Of a stretch of DNA of 64,000 nucleotides, positions 62,901 through 64,000 are shown piece by piece (positions within the stretch are counted from its first letter, which is position 1; every line of letters begins with the position of its first letter). The translations under genes and the position numbers were made by a program. The notes below the pieces were generated by a model that saw nothing but the letters and a program-made list of their open reading frames with translations, was not told the origin of the DNA and ran no database searches. Source of the DNA: Podarcis erhardii (Eukaryota); NCBI GenBank assembly GCA_964252035.1, contig CAXUOO010000157.1. One strand, 5' to 3'.

Positions 62901-64000
62901 GCTGCCTCGCCTTTCTGTGCACTCGCCCGACGGACAAACGCTCTTCGCTGCTGCTCACCACAAACAAGCCCAAAGAAAAAAGTCCACTTCCCCAACTCGT
63001 CGCACTACTACTACTACTACTATAACTAGTAGTAATAATAGTAGTTGTAGTAGTAGTGCTGGAATTGCAACTGCAACTCCTTTGGGTGTGGTTTCTGCCC
63101 AAAGCTCTGCGCTCTCTGCTGCTGCTGCTGTTGCTGTTGCTTCAGCCACTCACGGAATTCGAAACAACCAAAGAAACACCCACCCCAACTTCAGTAGAAA
63201 AAACAAAAATTACCACAATCACCACAATTACCACAATTACCACATTCACCATCGCCATTTAAGCAGCAGTGAATTGAGTAGCTGCGAAGAGTCGCTGTGT
63301 TGCGCTTGTGAATTGGAGGCTCGCGGTTTTTTGCAGCTCGAAGAAGAAAGGGAGTGGAAAGGAGAGGAGAGAGAAACAGGCTCAACTCCTCACTCACACA
63401 GTGCACAGGCAAAGCAGAAGTGGGAGTCGGATTTGAGTGCGAAAGAGACTCTCTGCGGCAGTAGGGCGGAAAGTGGGGGAAAAAAGGAGTGCTTTGGTGG
63501 GCTGCAAAAGGAAGCGTCTTCGTCTCCACTGCAAGCTGTGAACGCAGCAAGCGCCTTTCTTGGGCTCCAACTTCAGCAGCAGCAGCAGCTGTTTGGAAGA
63601 AGTTGGAGCAGAAGAAGAAGTTTGCAGGAACCGTCGCGAAAAACAAGCGGTGCTGTGGAAAGTCGTTCAACACAAAACAGTCGCCTAAGCAGCACAAGCA
63701 GGAGGAAAAGAAAAAGAAGAAGAAGAAAAAGAAGAGCGTCCCTTTTTTTTTGTGGGGCGTTGGATGGTGATGACGATTGCAGTAGTAGAAAAGGCTGTTT
63801 TTCACTGGCTGAGTCTTTCTTTTCAGGCCTCCAAAAACCGCAACAGCGCTCAGTCCACGACCGCCACCAGCAGCAGCGAAAATCGACCACTGCGATGGAG
63901 TGCAAAAAACTGGCGAGTGGTGGTAGTGCAGTGAGTTTACTCAAACCACTACTGCTGCTGACTACTACTACTACTAATCGCCAGAGTCCAAGTGGCACTT
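52617..64000 (+). CDS. Large multi-exon hypothetical protein, 3'-truncated; candidate exons ~52617-52841, 55195-55316, 56493-57996, 58118-58271 (spans gap), 58837-58942, 59468-59628, 59987-?, 60899-61135, 61931->64000
   Basis: Chain of GT-AG junctions with matching phases: ...LERLAACR|HAAENCE...[16 protein letters not shown]|[18 protein letters not shown]...EQIAR|...LERRFKHV|DVKKLHSAL...PYTILYT|[11 protein letters not shown]...GALASAG|. It includes the 529-aa ORF and a stop-free frame 61879-64000. The 5' end, exons hidden in gaps and the 60.0-60.9 kb structure are unresolved; function unknown. Confidence 0.55.
53092..53351. other. Assembly gap (N run)
   Basis: 260 N. Confidence 1.
57326..57490 (+). 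repeat. 45-nt coding minisatellite ([15 protein letters not shown]) x3.7
   Basis: TC(G/A)GAATCGGAGTTTCT(C/T)GCGCATGCAAAGTCCTCCCACTCTTTT units in the 56468 ORF frame. Confidence 0.92.
58121..58248. other. Assembly gap (N run), probably inside an exon
   Basis: 128 N, flanked by an acceptor TTTCTAG (58117) and a donor G|GTGAAA (58272). Confidence 1.
58500..58810. repeat. Intronic compound minisatellite: CTCATATACATATAAATGC(T/G)TAT unit interspersed with (TA)n
   Basis: At least four copies of the unit separated by TA tracts. Confidence 0.85.
61440..61877. repeat. (TAG)n / ACTAGTCGTA intronic repeat flanking a gap
   Basis: TAGTAGTAG runs and repeated ACTAGTCGTA; opposite strand sense to the 51.2-52.5 kb array. 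Confidence 0.85.
61635..61776. other. Assembly gap (N run) within the (TAG)n repeat
   Basis: 142 N. Confidence 1.
61931..64000 (+). CDS. Long low-complexity exon (~690 codons) open to the window end; absent from the ORF track
   Basis: The frame with codons starting at 61921, 61924 etc. has no stop from 61879 to 64000 ([18 protein letters not shown]...poly-E, poly-A, poly-T/S, HN repeats, poly-R). It is preceded by TTTTG-CTGAC-TGCAG, a branch-point-like motif plus acceptor. Confidence 0.75.

Overview
Eukaryotic, intron-containing genomic DNA, most consistent with a coccidian apicomplexan (Eimeriidae-like). Support: CAG/GCA-family trinucleotide repeats inside coding sequence, frequent TGCATGCA octamers, (TA)n microsatellites and GT-AG introns. 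The window splits at about 26.5 kb into a repeat-poor left half and a simple-repeat-rich right half. The left half holds the 3' part of a ZCCHC9-like zinc-knuckle gene (+), an orphan ~775-codon exon (+), a two-exon TMEM208/SND2 gene (-) with a 1-nt frameshift, a long frame-disrupted Ser/Thr/Asn-rich coding stretch (-, ~14-18 kb) and a gene-poor stretch with several two-copy tandem duplications. The right half holds one very large + strand NIMA-related (NEK) kinase gene that I reconstruct over nine phase-compatible exons (29018-~48748, ~3,900 aa, with degenerate EF-hand-like motifs and several peptide repeat arrays), a (CTA)n-derived array hiding a Thr/Asn/Ser mucin-like frame, and a second large multi-exon + strand gene of unknown function that runs off the right edge. 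There are three assembly gaps. Recurrent 1-nt frameshifts at homopolymers suggest an indel-prone assembly. I found no rRNA, tRNA, CRISPR array or recognisable transposase/reverse transcriptase. Most ORFs in the track are antisense or out-of-frame shadows of low-complexity repeats. All exon models are manual and need RNA-seq confirmation. I see no clearly novel biological system; the best leads are the giant NEK/EF-hand-like protein and the hidden mucin-like frame.
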